From Octopus vulgaris (Eukaryota), in contig OX597819.1 in NCBI GenBank assembly GCA_951406725.2, positions 18,910,001 through 18,974,000 on the forward strand: DNA of 64,000 bases, read 5' to 3'. Each line of letters begins with the position of its first letter. Position 1 is the first letter of the stretch. The notes below the pieces were generated by a model that was not told the DNA's origin, searched no databases, and saw only the letters and a list, made by a program, of their open reading frames with translations. The position numbers and the translations under genes were made by a program. Below are positions 40,556 through 55,453 of this stretch, piece by piece.

Positions 40556-40744
40556 TTTTTATATATGTATATATAAAATTATTTAAAGCTAAACGATGGA
40601 ACATAAAGATATTAATCATGACCGCAACACTTGTTTCTCTGCAGTGAAAAACAACAGCTACTTGCGAAGTTTCTGCATACCATTACGTAAATTATCATAT
40701 ACACGATTACACAATTCTGGTCTTATGTATCGGCGCGTTTTATA

Positions 40745-40777
<33 letters not shown>

Positions 40778-41144
40778 GTGACATAGATTTTTATCTACAC
40801 TAACACTCAAGTTTTCAGAAAGGATGGTAACATGTGGATAATTACTAGGAAAGCTACGAAATTTGTTCGTCAATGTTTATTCGTCCTGTCTAATTTCATT
40901 GCTTGCCTTAATAACCAACATGGCAGCTGCCACGGCTTTAACTCTACGAAAGTCTGTAAAATTTAATATTTCATAAAGCAAATAATTATCTAGAAAAAAA
41001 TATCCCCCGGTAGGGTATATGTAAAGCTAACATGGCGATGATGCGATATGACACACGATGCATTATGGTCGTAAGTATACGTATCTCCTCTTTATTTTTA
41101 TACACAGCAAATTACCTCTATGCATATGCATATCTATGTATGCT

Positions 41145-41189
<45 letters not shown>

Positions 41190-41295
41190 GTGTGTCTGTG
41201 TTTGTGTGAATTTATGTATGTAATTGTATATACATAAAGACATGTATATATAAATATAAATATATATAGTTATATATATATATACATATATATAT

Positions 41296-41379
<84 letters not shown>

Positions 41380-41692
41380 GTATAATGATTGTAGTTGTGT
41401 TAATCAGCAAATGCATATTGTAATGGATGAAGCACTGGGATTGATATCTCGATATCTATGTCGTCGGTATTATGATCCGGCATTATGGAATAAATATCAT
41501 TAAATTATGGTGGGAAGCTAAAGCCATACTTCGGTACAGAACTTCCTTTCTCTCTCCCAGTCTCACTCACTCACTCACTCACTTACTCTCTCTTTTCTCT
41601 GTCTCTCTCTCTTTCTTGCATCTCGGTGTTGTATTTCCGCACGAGTGTACGGACACACTTGCAGCCGAAAGACTATTTGTAGCGGAATGCGT

Positions 41693-41777
<85 letters not shown>

Positions 41778-42317
41778 AGTGTAAAATCTGCAGATATCTT
41801 TGTAGCATTGAAAACTAGCCACAACTCCTGAAACCACACGCCAACTCAACACACATATAATGTTTATAAGCATAAAGAAACATATTGTATAAGCAAGTGA
41901 AATAGTAATTCAATATACCGTATATTGTGGAGTGTTTGTATGTAACAGATACAATAGAATCTCACTCGCGTGCTCTCAAGTTTGTAAGTCTTGTACATCC
42001 TGCATGAGGACAATGCAGTAATATTTTTGCTGAGTGTCAGCCACACAAAAGGTGGAGACTCTTAATTTGAAACCATTCATGCGACCGAATTTGCGGCAAA
42101 AGTGATTCGGAAGTGGTTAATCAAACATTTGGCAAGGCGTAGACATCCTGCCTAAACAGTTCGCTCCTACACACAAGAATTCAGTGGTAATAAGATTCAG
42201 CAAATCAGTGACGGGTCTATCTTTAACTATTTAACTCAATTTATCTGTCTACACAAGCAAACTTCTACCTGTCTGTCTGGAAATATGTGCACACACACGC
42301 ACACACACACACACACA

Positions 42318-42359
<42 letters not shown>

Positions 42360-42373
42360 TATATATATATATA

Positions 42374-42535
42374 GGGAAAGTTTACTAACAAAAAAAAACA
42401 AAAGACGAAGACAGGTGGTGTACAAAACAAACCGATGTATCAGTATAGCGCTCAGGAATAGAAAAAGTCTTTTACGTTTCGAGTCTACGCTCTTCTACAG
42501 AAAGGTACACAGAAAAACAAGGAGAGAAAAAAAGA
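42374..42535 (-). mobile_element. PLE-type terminal repeat anchored on (TA)n
   Basis: Copy of 24313-24500. Confidence 0.8.
42469..42504 (-). ncRNA. Minimal type I hammerhead, U6 variant core
   Basis: CUUU CUGUAGA A GAG cguaga CUC GAAA CG U A AAAG. Confidence 0.7.
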
Positions 42536-42582
42536 CCATAAATACATACACATACACATACACACACATACACGCACACACA

Positions 42583-42627
<45 letters not shown>

Positions 42628-42704
42628 TTATATATATACAGAGAGAGCGAGAGAGTGGGCGAGAAATAGAAAGAGTTGGCAAATTTTATTCCACACGGCT
42701 AGAA

Positions 42705-43577
42705 ATGTAGGAAAAACAGAAGCTGAAAATGCATTGAGAATAGTTAGAATTATTTTTCTTTAATAAATTCGAAGTTTTAACCGGTTTCACAATTTACACT
42801 GAGTTTGAAAAAGTTCAAATAGAAAGACGTGTCTTATGTGGCGGCTGTCTTGTTTCTGGTTAGTGTCTGAACTTTGCCCTGTTTTTATACTGAGTTCAGG
42901 GCTCAGATTAGTGTATGTTTTGAATAGGATTTGATTGGTAGAGAATAGTCACATGACTGGTCTTAAGAAATTATTGCATCTTTCCCGCTACGTCCGTGCG
43001 TTAGTATCAAGCGAGGATGTTTGGCGTCGTATGTTAAGACAGAGAGTTGACTAAATAAGTGCAAACGATCAATGCTCTGAATGTTTTCTGATAAATGTTT
43101 GTAGAGAATGAATACATGATTAATTTTTATAACATTTTGTACATTTCCCGCTACGTCCGTGTGTTAATGCCACATTACAGTACATTTTGCACCTAAAAAT
43201 GGAGGCCGACAAATCAAGGTACTCCAAATTTAATCTGTCTGATGAGAGAGTGGACAGGAGCTGTTTGTATGTAGTCCAATGGCTAAAAATTTAGGTTGTT
43301 AGATGTGTACCTTACTCATGACAAATGACAGAATGAATTTTGTGTTTGACCAGTTATTTGTGTATACACGCTGTTTATTAAGTCTTGGCTTGTACTTTAT
43401 TACGAGAAAAGCAAACTTTAAACACTAGAAAAAAGCAAAACGGCTGCGACATTAGCTTCGTCTTTATATTTGAACTTCTGGAAAATCAACGTAAACCGTG
43501 AAACCGGTTAAAGCTTCAAAGATATTACTAAAACATATTTTAACTCTTCTCTGTGCATTTTCAACATTTAATTTTCC

Positions 43578-43584
<7 letters not shown>
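42705..43584. mobile_element. Old non-autonomous DNA transposon with ~170-bp diverged TIRs
   Basis: 42705-42877 aligns to the reverse complement of 43411-43584 (for example tttaaccggtttcac and aagttcaaata.aaagacg). Internal direct repeat tttcccgctacgtccgtg near 42982 and 43144. Confidence 0.75.
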
Positions 43585-43609
<25 letters not shown>

Positions 43610-43637
43610 CATACATACATACATGCTTACATACAGG

Positions 43638-43683
<46 letters not shown>

Positions 43684-43852
43684 AATGTGATATGTGATAA
43701 TTATTCGGTAGCTGTGATAAAACTCGGAGTTTTATCATAGCTACCGAATAATTGTCACATATATTTACAGATAAATTCCTCTATTTATATAATATCGAGG
43801 TCTCTTTCATTCTTTTATTATCTTACCACTTTTATTACACTCAGACACACAC

Positions 43853-43883
<31 letters not shown>

Positions 43884-44299
43884 TGTATGTATGTATGTAT
43901 GTATGTATGTATGTATGTATGTATGTATGTATGTGTATATATGTGTATAATTCTGTGTGTGGATGTGTTTACGTGGAGAGAGACCAATAGAGAGAGAGAG
44001 ATAATTATACATTCATAGACAGATAGATTCGGATATAGGGATTTCTCTCCATGTATATACATCTACAGAGGCAAATATGTAATGTTTATTTGCGTATGCA
44101 TCTGATAAGGCCACTGATCTATTCTAACGCCAGAGCGAATATGTAACCTCTAATTCCATCTAATTGCCGAATCTGCACCTGCTACAACGTTCGATTCATC
44201 AATGTGTGTCATTGCGGGAGAATTAATCTAAACCATCATAGCTGTTTAAGAAGTAGCTGTTGTGAAAGTGTTTGCAGAATAGTCTCTGGCATCTGAACT

Positions 44300-45080
44300 T
44301 ACCAGACCCTGAAAACTCTTGAGACTACGTCTTCAATGATGTGATAAAAGCCCCGATCATGTCGTTTTACAAACACTTTTGAAGGAAAGAAATGATCCAG
44401 TTGGAAACAAGCATAAGCTCTTGATTTCGAAGGAAAGAATGGCGTTAATCAAGGCTGTGTACTGCATCCACAGTTATTTCAATCTATGGAAAATCAATCA
44501 TGGGATTAAAATCAAAGACGCATCATCAGCCAAGTGCGAGCAACCCACACAGTTTTTCGGGATCGTTAACGTTTCATTTACAAGCTGAGACATGAAACAA
44601 CACTTATGGGTTTTCATGCTGCTATGCTCGCTTCACTATTAATGGCAATGACACTTTGACTGCAAAGCAAAGACAAAAGCGCGATAAAAACAAATTGTCA
44701 GATCTTCCGAATCAAAAGTACTATCGATCCTAAACAGCGGTCGTTATGGCGATGTCAGAAACTAGGATGTACGGCAAGGAAAAATCCAAACCATTGAGAA
44801 AACATGAAATCGGAATTTCGAGAAAAGCAAGGGACGATGACAAACACAAGAATAGCCAAAGTGCTACATCACTCCTAAGATGCAGGTCACCAAACAAGCG
44901 ATGCGTCCAAGAGGAACATTCTTAAATTTCTTTAGCAGAAATCCGAATTAGCAAGTGAGAAACGCAAGCTGAAGAAATAGGGGCGTGCAACGAATGAAGG
45001 AAAGCATTGAGGCTGATCACGTTGAATATCAAAATGTTGAAGAAAACAGAATCTACAGAAATGAATTGTGGAGAAGGAAA
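44300..45080 (+). pseudogene. Possible highly degraded RTE-like LINE remnant
   Basis: Weak C-terminal pattern (ESIEADH..ENRIYRNELWRR) and a GCTARK/GVRQG-like stretch. Not certain. Confidence 0.3.
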
Positions 45081-45248
45081 CTTCTCCAAAACTTCTGTGT
45101 TGTTTATATGCATCAATCTATCCATAAACACATACACACAAACACATACATACATACATACACATCTCAGTATGTTTGTGTGTGTGTGTGTATGTGTGTG
45201 TGTGTGCGTGTGTATCTGTGTATATGTATATATGTAAATATATGTTAA

Positions 45249-45322
45249 GCGTTATACTAACACATCTATTTTGTTTTCTTCACCACCTGTCTTCGTCTTG
45301 TGTATTTTTCGTGAATTCTCCC
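45249..45322 (+). mobile_element. Terminal fragment of the 24313/42374 repeat
   Basis: caccacctgtcttcgtcttg..ttctccc followed by tata. Confidence 0.7.
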
Positions 45323-45331
45323 TATATGTAA

Positions 45332-45362
<31 letters not shown>

Positions 45363-46410
45363 TGTATGTATGTATGTATGCATGCATGTATGCATGTATG
45401 CATGTATGTATGTATGTATGTATATATGTATGTATGTATATATATATGCGTGTGTGTGTGTGAGTGTAAACATAATTAGATGTTCAGATGGTGCATTTTC
45501 ATACATGCATACATAAATAGATTGTCCTCGCCCAAACCTCTTTCTCTTACGTTGATATATGTATACATACATGTGTGTGCGTGCGTATATATATATATAT
45601 ATATACGCACACGTAGAATGAAAGATTGAGAGATTGACAGATATATAGATATTTCTACACGAGCATTTGTGTGTGTGTATGAATATGTATATGCATATCT
45701 TTTTATTTGTCTATGTAAGTGCGTGTGCAAGGGGTCTTTATATCCGTTTACATCTCAATGAATGTGTGTTGAGGATGAAGTACAAATAAGCTCAAACGCC
45801 TCTCATAAACAACATGAAAGGATAATTAAATTTCAAGTGTCTGTTAATAACCTACACGTTAATATTTATGTCTAACTGAGATGTTGGATAACCAATACAC
45901 CATAATTAAAATAAATTACTCTAGGTTTATTTATCAATAAAATAGATTAATGACAGAATTATATTTATAGACATACAAGTAGAATCTTCATATTTCTTTT
46001 TCCCATATCTACTTGGCATTTAACGAGCGCTTCCCAGCTGGTGAGTGAAGCTATTTCGTGTTTTTATTGACATGTGTTCGAGAAAAAAAACAAAAAACAG
46101 AAAGAAAAATTGCCACTGTGGTCTGATTAAGTAATTAGACAGTTAATAAACAGCATTTATTAGTGGCTTTACAATCAATTGCACAAATCAAGGAACTGAA
46201 CCAATGTGGGAACAAGTCGAACACATTGTTCTTGCTTTTAATCGTTGGCCGTTTCCTTCTTTTTCGTCATTACTTGTAGCACACTCTCTTACAAGTTTTC
46301 GGGCCTTATTTCTTTATGAGAAACAAGCCGTCACGCCTGCCCCCAAATTTTGGAAACCGCGATAAAGGTCATGGACTTTGCCCCTCTGTTTCTCTTTCTG
46401 AGACATTATA

Positions 46411-46551
46411 TTAGGTTGTCCCAAAAGTTCGTAAACACTTGCGAAAATTGAATTTTTACTCGCCAAGTACTAACAAAAACGACAAAAATTATTCCTCAAA
46501 ATAAAGACCATTATTTTCCAAGACTTTCTACGAACTTTTGGGAGAACCTTA
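46411..46551. mobile_element. Internally deleted mariner (141 bp)
   Basis: TIRs TTAGGTTGTCCCAAAAGTTCGTA and TACGAACTTTTGGGAGAACCTTA, TA flanks. The minus strand keeps the transposase end ENNGLYFEE*. Confidence 0.85.
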
Positions 46552-47071
46552 TAGAATGAGATCGCATGAAAACGAAACTGAACAATATAATTCCACTGAG
46601 TTTATCAAAAACGTTGAAAAGACAAAAGCCTATAAACGACCAGGTTTCATTGCGTCTCTCTGTATAAGTATTTCATTGGCTCGTATTAAGTAAAATGCCT
46701 TTAATTAAATTGAGTAAGTACAATATTTTGCAGTTTATTCCAGCCAAGTTTATATTTATTTATCCATAATTTTTGGAAATAGCAAAGGCTCTTACATTGA
46801 GATTCCGGGTGCACGTCTCACAGAACATCGCTAATATCAAATGATGCAGCTACAAATGCGAACAGGAAGTTACTACCTCTCTCATTTCTATTATAATTTT
46901 TTTTTATACACCGACGATAAAGAAAACTGTCGAATTTACGAAACTTAATTGTCACAGACATCTCGTGTAATTACAGATGGAAGCTAATGATTAAGTGGGA
47001 TACGATAGGAAACGAACTATCCTGAAAATTAATTGGTAACAAACCCACAAAACGTAATTGCTAATCACTAA

Positions 47072-47665
47072 GGCGGTGAGCTGGCAGAAACGTTAGCACG
47101 CCTGACGAAATGCTTAACGGTTTTTCGTCTGCCGCTACGTTCTGAGTTCAAATTCCGCCGAGGTCGACTTAGCCTTTCATCCTTTCAGTGTCGATTAAAT
47201 AAGTACCAGTTACGCACTGGGGGCGTTATAATCGACTTAATCCGTTTATCTGTCCTTGTTTGTCCTCTCTATGTTTAGCCCTTTGTGGGCAATAATGAAA
47301 TAAGAAACGTTAGCATACCGGGCGAAATACTTTACGAGTTCAAATTCTGCCGAGATCGAATTTGCTTTTCATCCTTTCGGGGTCAATAAATTAAGTATCA
47401 GTTGCGTACTGGGGTCGATCTAATCGACTTGCTGTCTCCCCCAAAATTTCGGGCCTTGTGTCTAGAGTGGAAAATAGTTGGTACGACAAGTAAAATGCTT
47501 AGCAACATTTCATACAACTTTACGTTCCGTGTTCAAAATTCACCGACGGCGACTTTGCCTTTTAACTGTTCGGGGTTGATAAAATAATAGCAGTTAAATA
47601 CTGGTGTTGATGTAATCGAATTATCCGCTTTCCCGCAATTGCTGGCCTTCTCCCGAAGTATGAAA
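47072..47665 (+). mobile_element. Tandem array of SINE family B (about 3 units)
   Basis: Repeated gttcaaattc..gccttt..ggggtc..taatcga blocks. Confidence 0.9.
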
Positions 47666-47760
47666 ACGTCGTTTACTGCTTCCATGAAAAATACTCGGGA
47701 AAAGATGGTTTACATATATTCACACAGCATGTGAATGCTGTATGGTATTCAAGAGATAAA

Positions 47761-47990
47761 GGCGGCGAGCTGGCAGAATCGTTAGCAGGCCGGACGAAAT
47801 TCTTAGCGGTATTTCGTCTGCCGCTACGTTCAGAGTTCAAATTCCGCCGAGGTCGACTTTGCCTTTCATCCTTTCGGGGTCGATAAATTAGGTACCAGTT
47901 ACACACTGGGGTCGATATAATCGACTTAATCCGTCTGTCTGTCCTTGTGTGTCTCCTCTGTGTTTAGCCCCTGGTGGGTAGTAAAGAAAT
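47761..47990 (+). mobile_element. SINE family B, full length, ~17-bp TSD
   Basis: ggtattcaagagataaa before and ggtattcaccagataaa after. Confidence 0.93.
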
Positions 47991-48749
47991 AGGTATTCAC
48001 CAGATAAATTCTACAAAGCTTCAAAGTCCGTTCTTCGATCAAGTCTGCTTACATGAGGCAAAAAGAAAAGGGGAAACTAATTAGAAATGAGATCTTTGGA
48101 AACCATTTCGTTATTAATAACAGGAATAAACCTTCTGACAATTTTTACATGTCTACCGCAAGTGTCAAAGGAATGCTTTACTGATGCTCAGTAGAAAATC
48201 ATGCATGATTTTCTTGTCAGAAGTATTCATACAGACATGAGGATTGATAACTTGTGAGGAGTTCAGGAAAAACATAATTACTACTTTATAAGCAGCCAAC
48301 CTATAATATGGGCATGATCATGATACTATCTCGTAATGTGGCACGTTGTCGTGCAAAAAAAGAAAAAAAATGTTGTAGAATATTTTTTTAAAAAGAGATC
48401 CACTTCAAATGATGGGAAGAAGTTGCAGTGTAAACGAAAGAATATTCCTCTCAAATCTTCAGCAAAAATTAGACGTAATCAATTAAATATAATGATTTTG
48501 GCCCAGGAAAAGAATGTGTTCATTGTGAAAGAAACTAGTTACTCGGAAAAAGTAACACAGTGTTCATAATAAATGAAATTATAAAGATTTATATTGAACT
48601 TAAGAGGGCACCGTAATACTAGTCCTATTGCAACCGGAAGTAGATCTGGAGAAGAGCGGGCATGACATCGATGACGAGACACATCGCAAAGAAAAGACTG
48701 AAAAAAATATAGCTAAGTGAATGATTCGCCGATCAATTACTCTATCAGT

Positions 48750-49132
48750 GTGGAGGTGCAATGGCCCAGTGGTTAGGGCAGCGGACTCGCGGTCGTAGGA
48801 TCGCGGTTTCGATTCCCAGACCGGGCGTTGTGAGTGTTTATTGAGCGGAAACACCTAAAGCTCCACGAGGCTCCGGCAGGGATGGTGGTGATCCCTGCTG
48901 TACTCTTTCACCACAACTTTCTCTCAATCTTACTTCCTATTTCTGTTGTACCTGTATTTCAAAGGGCCGGCCTTGTCACTCTCTGTGTCACGCTGAATAT
49001 CCCCGAGAACTACGTTAAGGGTACACGTGTCTGTGGAGTGCTCAGCCACTTACACGTTAATTTCATGAGCAGGCTGTTCCGTTGATCGGATCAACCGGAA
49101 CCCTCGTCGTCGTAACCGACGGAGTGCTTCCA
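48750..49132 (+). mobile_element. SINE family C, full length, 12-bp TSD
   Basis: TSD tactctatcagt at 48738-48749 and 49133-49144. Confidence 0.95.
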
Positions 49133-49952
49133 TACTCTATCAGTCGATTAGTTAACCAGTTAAATGGCTAAACGATGACAAATAAGAAGGGATATAGAAA
49201 CAAAGTGTCTGCTCATTAATGGCATAATAACTTCCCTCGAAATAGAGCAGTATACATTTCAAAGTTCGAGTACAAATCATGAACGTTAGAAATCAAACAC
49301 ATAACAGAAATATAATGCAATTTAGAAACTATGACTAAAACTCATTATTTAGAACTGTGATAATAAATAAAACGTTCCAGATGAATAGTCTTCCATAAAT
49401 GCCTGTTTACACTTATGAATATACATATACATGCATGAGTAGTTATAGAAACTTAATACTGGTTCAATTGCATTCCACGTCTTTTATTTTTATGTTTTTT
49501 TTTACAGACCAGCAAATATTCAGCAACACCTGAATATATTATTCACTGTTTTTGACATAATGAAGCACAAACTCCGTTAAAGCATTTATTAAATCGCAAC
49601 ACATTATTAACAAAATCCAAGAAGAGCGGAGCGCATCAAGTGTCCATATGACTCACAAATACAACGACGTTTGTTTCCCTTTCACGTATATTCTGTTATT
49701 AAAACATGTTGATGAAGCGACTTTCTTCTTTCGGAAAGAAATCACATCAGCATGGTTTTCAATGGTGTCTACGTAGAGAGTATGAAACCAGTGTTCATAC
49801 TTTTAGCATTGGCGTGTGCGTGTAATTATATGCGTCTCTCCAAATAGCCAAATGAAACAGATCCATCAATGCTGCAAAAGTCAGGCTTGCATACCTTGTC
49901 ACTTTAGTAGATATAAATACATGATATATGTATTTACTGAATGAATAAATAC

Positions 49953-50014
<62 letters not shown>

Positions 50015-50096
50015 AAATGTACGTGTATATATATATATATATATATGTATGTATATATATATATTATATGTATATGTTATATATATATATATATTA

Positions 50097-50149
<53 letters not shown>

Positions 50150-50542
50150 TATATTTATATTATATATATATATGCATATATGTATATGTATATATATATG
50201 TGTACGTATATATATATATATACAGACATATATATATACACACATATATTTTATGCATATGCATACAAACACATACAAACCCCAACCCGATGACTCAATC
50301 ATACACACACTCACACACACATATATGTGTGTGTGAGAGAGTATATATATATGTATATATATTGTTGTTGTTGTTATTGTTGCTTACATTCTATTAGCAG
50401 AATATTGTAACCGGTTTGGAAATCGTCTGTTTCTCCTTTGGTGAATACATATTTTTTAGGACAGCCATATATATACAGGCACAGGAAAATATATTCAAAT
50501 ACATTCTGCAAAAAGTCGTGTAGATATCTATATCTACATTTT

Positions 50543-50662
50543 AATAATAATAATAATATAATAATAATAATAATATAACATATTTACAAAATTTAATTAG
50601 AAATAAATTAATCGATAAGCTAATAATAATAATAATAATAATAATAATGATGCTAATAATGA

Positions 50663-50701
<39 letters not shown>

Positions 50702-50703
50702 CG

Positions 50704-50764
<61 letters not shown>

Positions 50765-50803
50765 TAATAATGATGATAATAATAATAATAAATAATAATA
50801 ATA

Positions 50804-50835
<32 letters not shown>

Positions 50836-50843
50836 TGATGATG

Positions 50844-50916
<73 letters not shown>

Positions 50917-50927
50917 TGATGATGATG

Positions 50928-50976
<49 letters not shown>

Positions 50977-50978
50977 TA
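50543..50978. repeat. (AAT)n/(GAT)n microsatellite
   Basis: Direct reading. Confidence 0.97.
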
Positions 50979-51384
50979 AAAAGTCTCGTTAAATTATTAA
51001 TGACTTCTCTATGCTTTCTTAATAAAATATTGCAGTGGGATATGTATATTTTATAAATTTGTTCTTTTGTTTCTTTGTTTTTGTGCTATATGTTTTCCTT
51101 GCATTCAATTTCTAGTTTGTTATGAAAATGTTTATTTTTGTTATTTTATTCGTTATATTCGCTTATTTTGTGACATTATCGCAGGACTATATGCATGAAC
51201 ATACACACACACACACACACGTAGATATTATGAAGGCACATGTGCAAATATTTGTGTGTGAATGTACATATTCACATATTCGCGTAAAAAAAAATATATA
51301 TGCATATATACATACATAGATATATTATCATATATTATAATATATATGTATGTATATATACGTGTATATTTATGTATACATGCA

Positions 51385-51417
<33 letters not shown>

Positions 51418-52002
51418 GTATTATATCATTATAATATATCATATTATATATTATTATAAAATGTTACATTATATTATGGTTGGGAATACGGTCTATGTTG
51501 AAGTGCATTTAGACCTTTCTCCCGGTTTCGTTTATCTCCCATAGTTCCTCTACTGCGTAAAAGTGGCACCCTATCCCTAATGACTAACATCTCTGCTGAC
51601 TGGACCATCCAGCCAGTAAACCCTTTCAAGGGGTTCATTACCAGGAAAGCTTTACTATAGCAAGGCGTTCGGAGATTGTGTAGCGTTGCAGATATTACAG
51701 GTTAACATTTAGCTCGAATTTATTTCCCCGTCTTTCATGGATTTGTTACTAGACAGCAGTTTCATATCACACACACACACACACACACACACGAACATAA
51801 ACTTGAATACTTAATTGCAGTATACAATTGGTGTGTGTGTGTGTGTGGGGGGGGTGAATGTGTTTGTGAGTGCGTATGTGAAGAGAAAATAAAGAATTTT
51901 ATCTAATATTCCATTTCATAGTAAAATTGGTCGTACTAATGTAAAGTCAAATTCTGCAGCTTTTCTGTCAGTTTTTTCAGTATATAAACACACACACACA
52001 TG

Positions 52003-52100
<98 letters not shown>

Positions 52101-52130
52101 AATATATACATATATATTTACACATATATA

Positions 52131-54119
52131 CTAGCTGAAGGTGACCCGCTCTACGCGCGGGTAAGAGTGTGGTTGTTACTTTCTGTTGCTTCCTTTCAGC
52201 ACGTAAAAACCACCATCCGAACGCGGACGATTGCAGCGCCGCCTTGACTAGCTTCTGTGCCGGTGGCACGTAAAAACCACCAACCGATCGTTGCCGCTGG
52301 GAGCACCCCCCCCCCTGGCACCTGTGCCGGCGTAACGAAAAAAGCACCTACTACACTCACAGAGTGGTTGGCGTTAGGAAGGTCATCAACCTGTAGAAAC
52401 ACTGCCTGATCAGACTGGAGCCTGGTGCAGCCTCCTGACTTCCCAGACCCCGGTCAAACTGTCCAACCCGTCCTAGCACGGAAAACGGACGTTAAACGAC
52501 GATGATGATGATTATGATTCTCCCTCTTTGTTTCTCTCTCCTTTCTCTCTCACTTTCCCCACTCTCTTACTTTACTTTTCTCTCGGACTCTCCCTCGCTT
52601 TCTCTTACACTCTATCTTTATCTATCTCTCTCCCATTTATAAACAACAAAAGATCTTGAGTAAGTTGAGAAATAAAATATTTAGAAAGATCAATCATAAA
52701 TATCAGGCAGTAGCGACAGAAAGGTCTGCTTCAAGGCAGACAGCAAAACACTAACATTTAAAAGGGACAGACGAACTTGCGAGCTGAATAAAAATAATAA
52801 AATATTGGAAACCAAAGTTTGAAGGGATAGAATCTGAGGATAGTAGAGTCACCATGGCTGGCATTTCTTAACGACGGACAGCAACGTATTGACAGTTTAA
52901 CGGCTGGCGTAAAATCTTGAACTTGATGTAAAAGGAAATTCGTAAACACCAAGTTTTGAAGTGATTCTTTCTCACGACAGTAGACTCATTATGGCAAGCA
53001 TTCAAAACTTCTTCATCATGGACGGCAACACATTGACGATTAAAAGGCTGGCGCAAATATTTTAGCTTGATGTAACAGAGAATTCCTAAACACCCGCTCC
53101 TTTAAATTTTAATCCCCTTCCAGCCCCATTTAGACCCCTTTTCACGTTTTGGTTAATATAACCCGATTTCATTCGGGTCTACTGGGGCCACCTTTTATAA
53201 AATGAGGAATTTTGTCCTAGAGGTCACGCCTTTCATTTGAGGAAAAAAAATAGTTGTCATGCAAACTTGCCAGCACTTTTAACATAGGTCTGCATATTTT
53301 CAGCTCATGCGACCACATAATGCACAGATTATATATATATATATATGTATATATATGTGTGTGTGTGTGTGTGTTGGAGTCTCTCTCATACGTGAGCGTT
53401 GACGCTGAATTCGACTGGTAAGCAGGTAACGTTGTCTTTGTTGAAATAGTTGTGAGTTGTTGGAGTTCTTTGTCTGACGGGTAATAGGAATTTCCATATC
53501 CTCCGAGGATATGAACTGTTGACCCAGACAATTAGAATTAATTTTAATAAAAGCATCAATTTAAGAAAAAATAATAAAGTAGTAAAAAATGAAAATTTAA
53601 CACGAAAAATTTGCAGGGTTCTAAATAAATGTTAAAATGTAATAGATACGAAAAAACTACCTTATCACCAGAACACGAACGCTGGTTGGTGTGTTCTGTT
53701 TGTATTTACTCGATCGGCGCGTTGACATGCAGACAATAGAATTCATAATATTTGTTGTCCTGATTGTGTGTTGGTGGTGGCGATGATAATTCTCTCTATG
53801 GATGCAGACAGATACATAAAAGAACACCGACGTGATGGTAAGGTAGGAAATAGAGTGAGTGAAAAAGTGCCGGGAAGAGAGGAAATAGCAAGAGTGAGTT
53901 GAGGAAGACAGATACATTAAAGAACGGGAGTAGACTTGTCAAAGTGGGGTTTTGGCCCTAGCAACGGCACCTCTTAAGATAGGGATTTCTAAGGTATCCC
54001 ACGGGCATCGTCACCTCCTTTTACATGTCCCTGTAAATTTTGGAGTCAATCGGACGGGATGTAGTGGCCTTGAAAGCGATCCAAGCTGTAAAAACGCATT
54101 TCAGTTTTATATATAGAGA
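52131..54119 (-). mobile_element. Non-autonomous Helitron (~2 kb) with nested insertions and ~135-bp internal tandem repeat
   Basis: Minus-strand 5' TCTCTATATATAAAACTG at 54119. 3' ACCCGCgcgtagaGCGGGT hairpin then CTAG at 52131. Repeat units at ~52839-52950 and ~52976-53093. The two ends could belong to two elements. Confidence 0.65.
52185..52513 (+). mobile_element. RTE-type SINE/LINE 3' end with (GAT)n tail
   Basis: ttggcgttaggaagg..gtccaacccgtcctagcacggaaaacggacgttaaacgacgatgatgatgat. Confidence 0.75.
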
Positions 54120-54250
54120 TAGATATAAACATATACTTATAAATTAATATACGTATATGTGTGTGTGTGTGTATGTATGTATAAAAATATGTGTTTGTGT
54201 GTCTATATGCATACATATATGTGTATGCATATAAATATATATGTAAGTAT

Positions 54251-54309
<59 letters not shown>

Positions 54310-54621
54310 CAGACAGAAAGCGACAGTGAGAGAGTGATATTTGTTGTATTAATATTCAGTAACATTAATATAGCCTGTTAAGAGTGGTTATTAGCTAATT
54401 TATCATGCAGGCCAATAAAACCGACTGCCACTGTACACAATTGTATACAAGCATTGCAAAATCACCACAAAATACTTCCAGGCTCTGTTGCAAAAATAAC
54501 TTGTGATATAAGCCATATTGGCATATTGTTAATGCCTAACTCAGTTAGAATGCCAACTATATCACTAGTTCCGAAATAATCAACCATCACATATTTAGAT
54601 CACGCAGACTATATTTTACAT

Positions 54622-54931
54622 CATAGTTTCTCAAAGTGGCCATCCCACCCCCGAGGGCATTGAGACGGTCCAGGTGGGTGCCGGTGCTTTATGGGGGCGG
54701 TGGAGGCGGTAGAGACAAAGGAGGCGTTGGGAAGAAGGCAGTGGATTGGGGGACACTATGAATTTATTATAATGTTATTATAGCATTGTATACAAATTAT
54801 ATAATATATTAAATATCAAATGATTTACAGTATAAAGTATTTACTTATACATAAACATAAGGGTGGGGTCGCTGAGGGTATTGCGTGGCTATGAGGGGTG
54901 GTGGTGGCACAAAAATGTTTGAGAACCTCTG
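54622..54931. mobile_element. hAT (Charlie-like) MITE
   Basis: TIRs CATAGTTTCTCAAA versus CAGAGGTTCTCAAA. 8-bp TSD ttttacat/ttctacgt (6 of 8 match, central TA). Confidence 0.7.
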
Positions 54932-55099
54932 TTCTACGTTAAGACATATATCACGTGATAGTGGGTTCAGATGTCGTTATACATAGCTGGTCAGAGCGCG
55001 TTTTAAACCGTTTTATCTTACGATTGAAACCTTCCTGGTGGTTAGGCATGAAGGCCACCATTCCTTATGGCCGGAAGTCAAGTCTACCACAGGATTATT

Positions 55100-55240
55100 C
55101 TTTTCTGCGAGGTGAGTGGACTGGAGCTACGTAATGAGTTTTGCGCAAGAACACAATACGCTGCTGGTCTGGGATTCGAAACAAGGATTTCACGGTCGTA
55201 AGTGAAACACGCCTGAACACAGGGCCACGCGCCTTCACAT
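55100..55240 (-). mobile_element. Degenerate SINE with family C-like tRNA head
   Basis: Reverse complement gtgaaggcgcgtggccctgtgttcagg..gtttcgaatcccagacc. Confidence 0.6.
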
Positions 55241-55269
55241 AATACATAATATGTTGATTTTCAATTCTT

Positions 55270-55453
55270 TGGACGAGGCCAGCAACTTCGGAAAAGTTCG
55301 CTAGTCGATGACATCAATCGCAATACTCAAATGGCCTCGAAAGGATAAAATGCTAAGTCGACCTCGGAGAAATTTGAGTTCAAAGCATGAAACGGGCGAG
55401 ATGCCGTTAAGATTTTCGCTTGGCATGGTAACGATTCTGCCAGCTCCCCGCCT
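55270..55453 (-). mobile_element. SINE family B, degenerate
   Basis: gtcgacctcggagaaatttga..taacgattctgccagctccccgcc. Confidence 0.75.

Noticed and set aside
53480-53530. CTGACGG...GAAC hammerhead-like string
   Set aside because: Two core mismatches and no convincing stem II.
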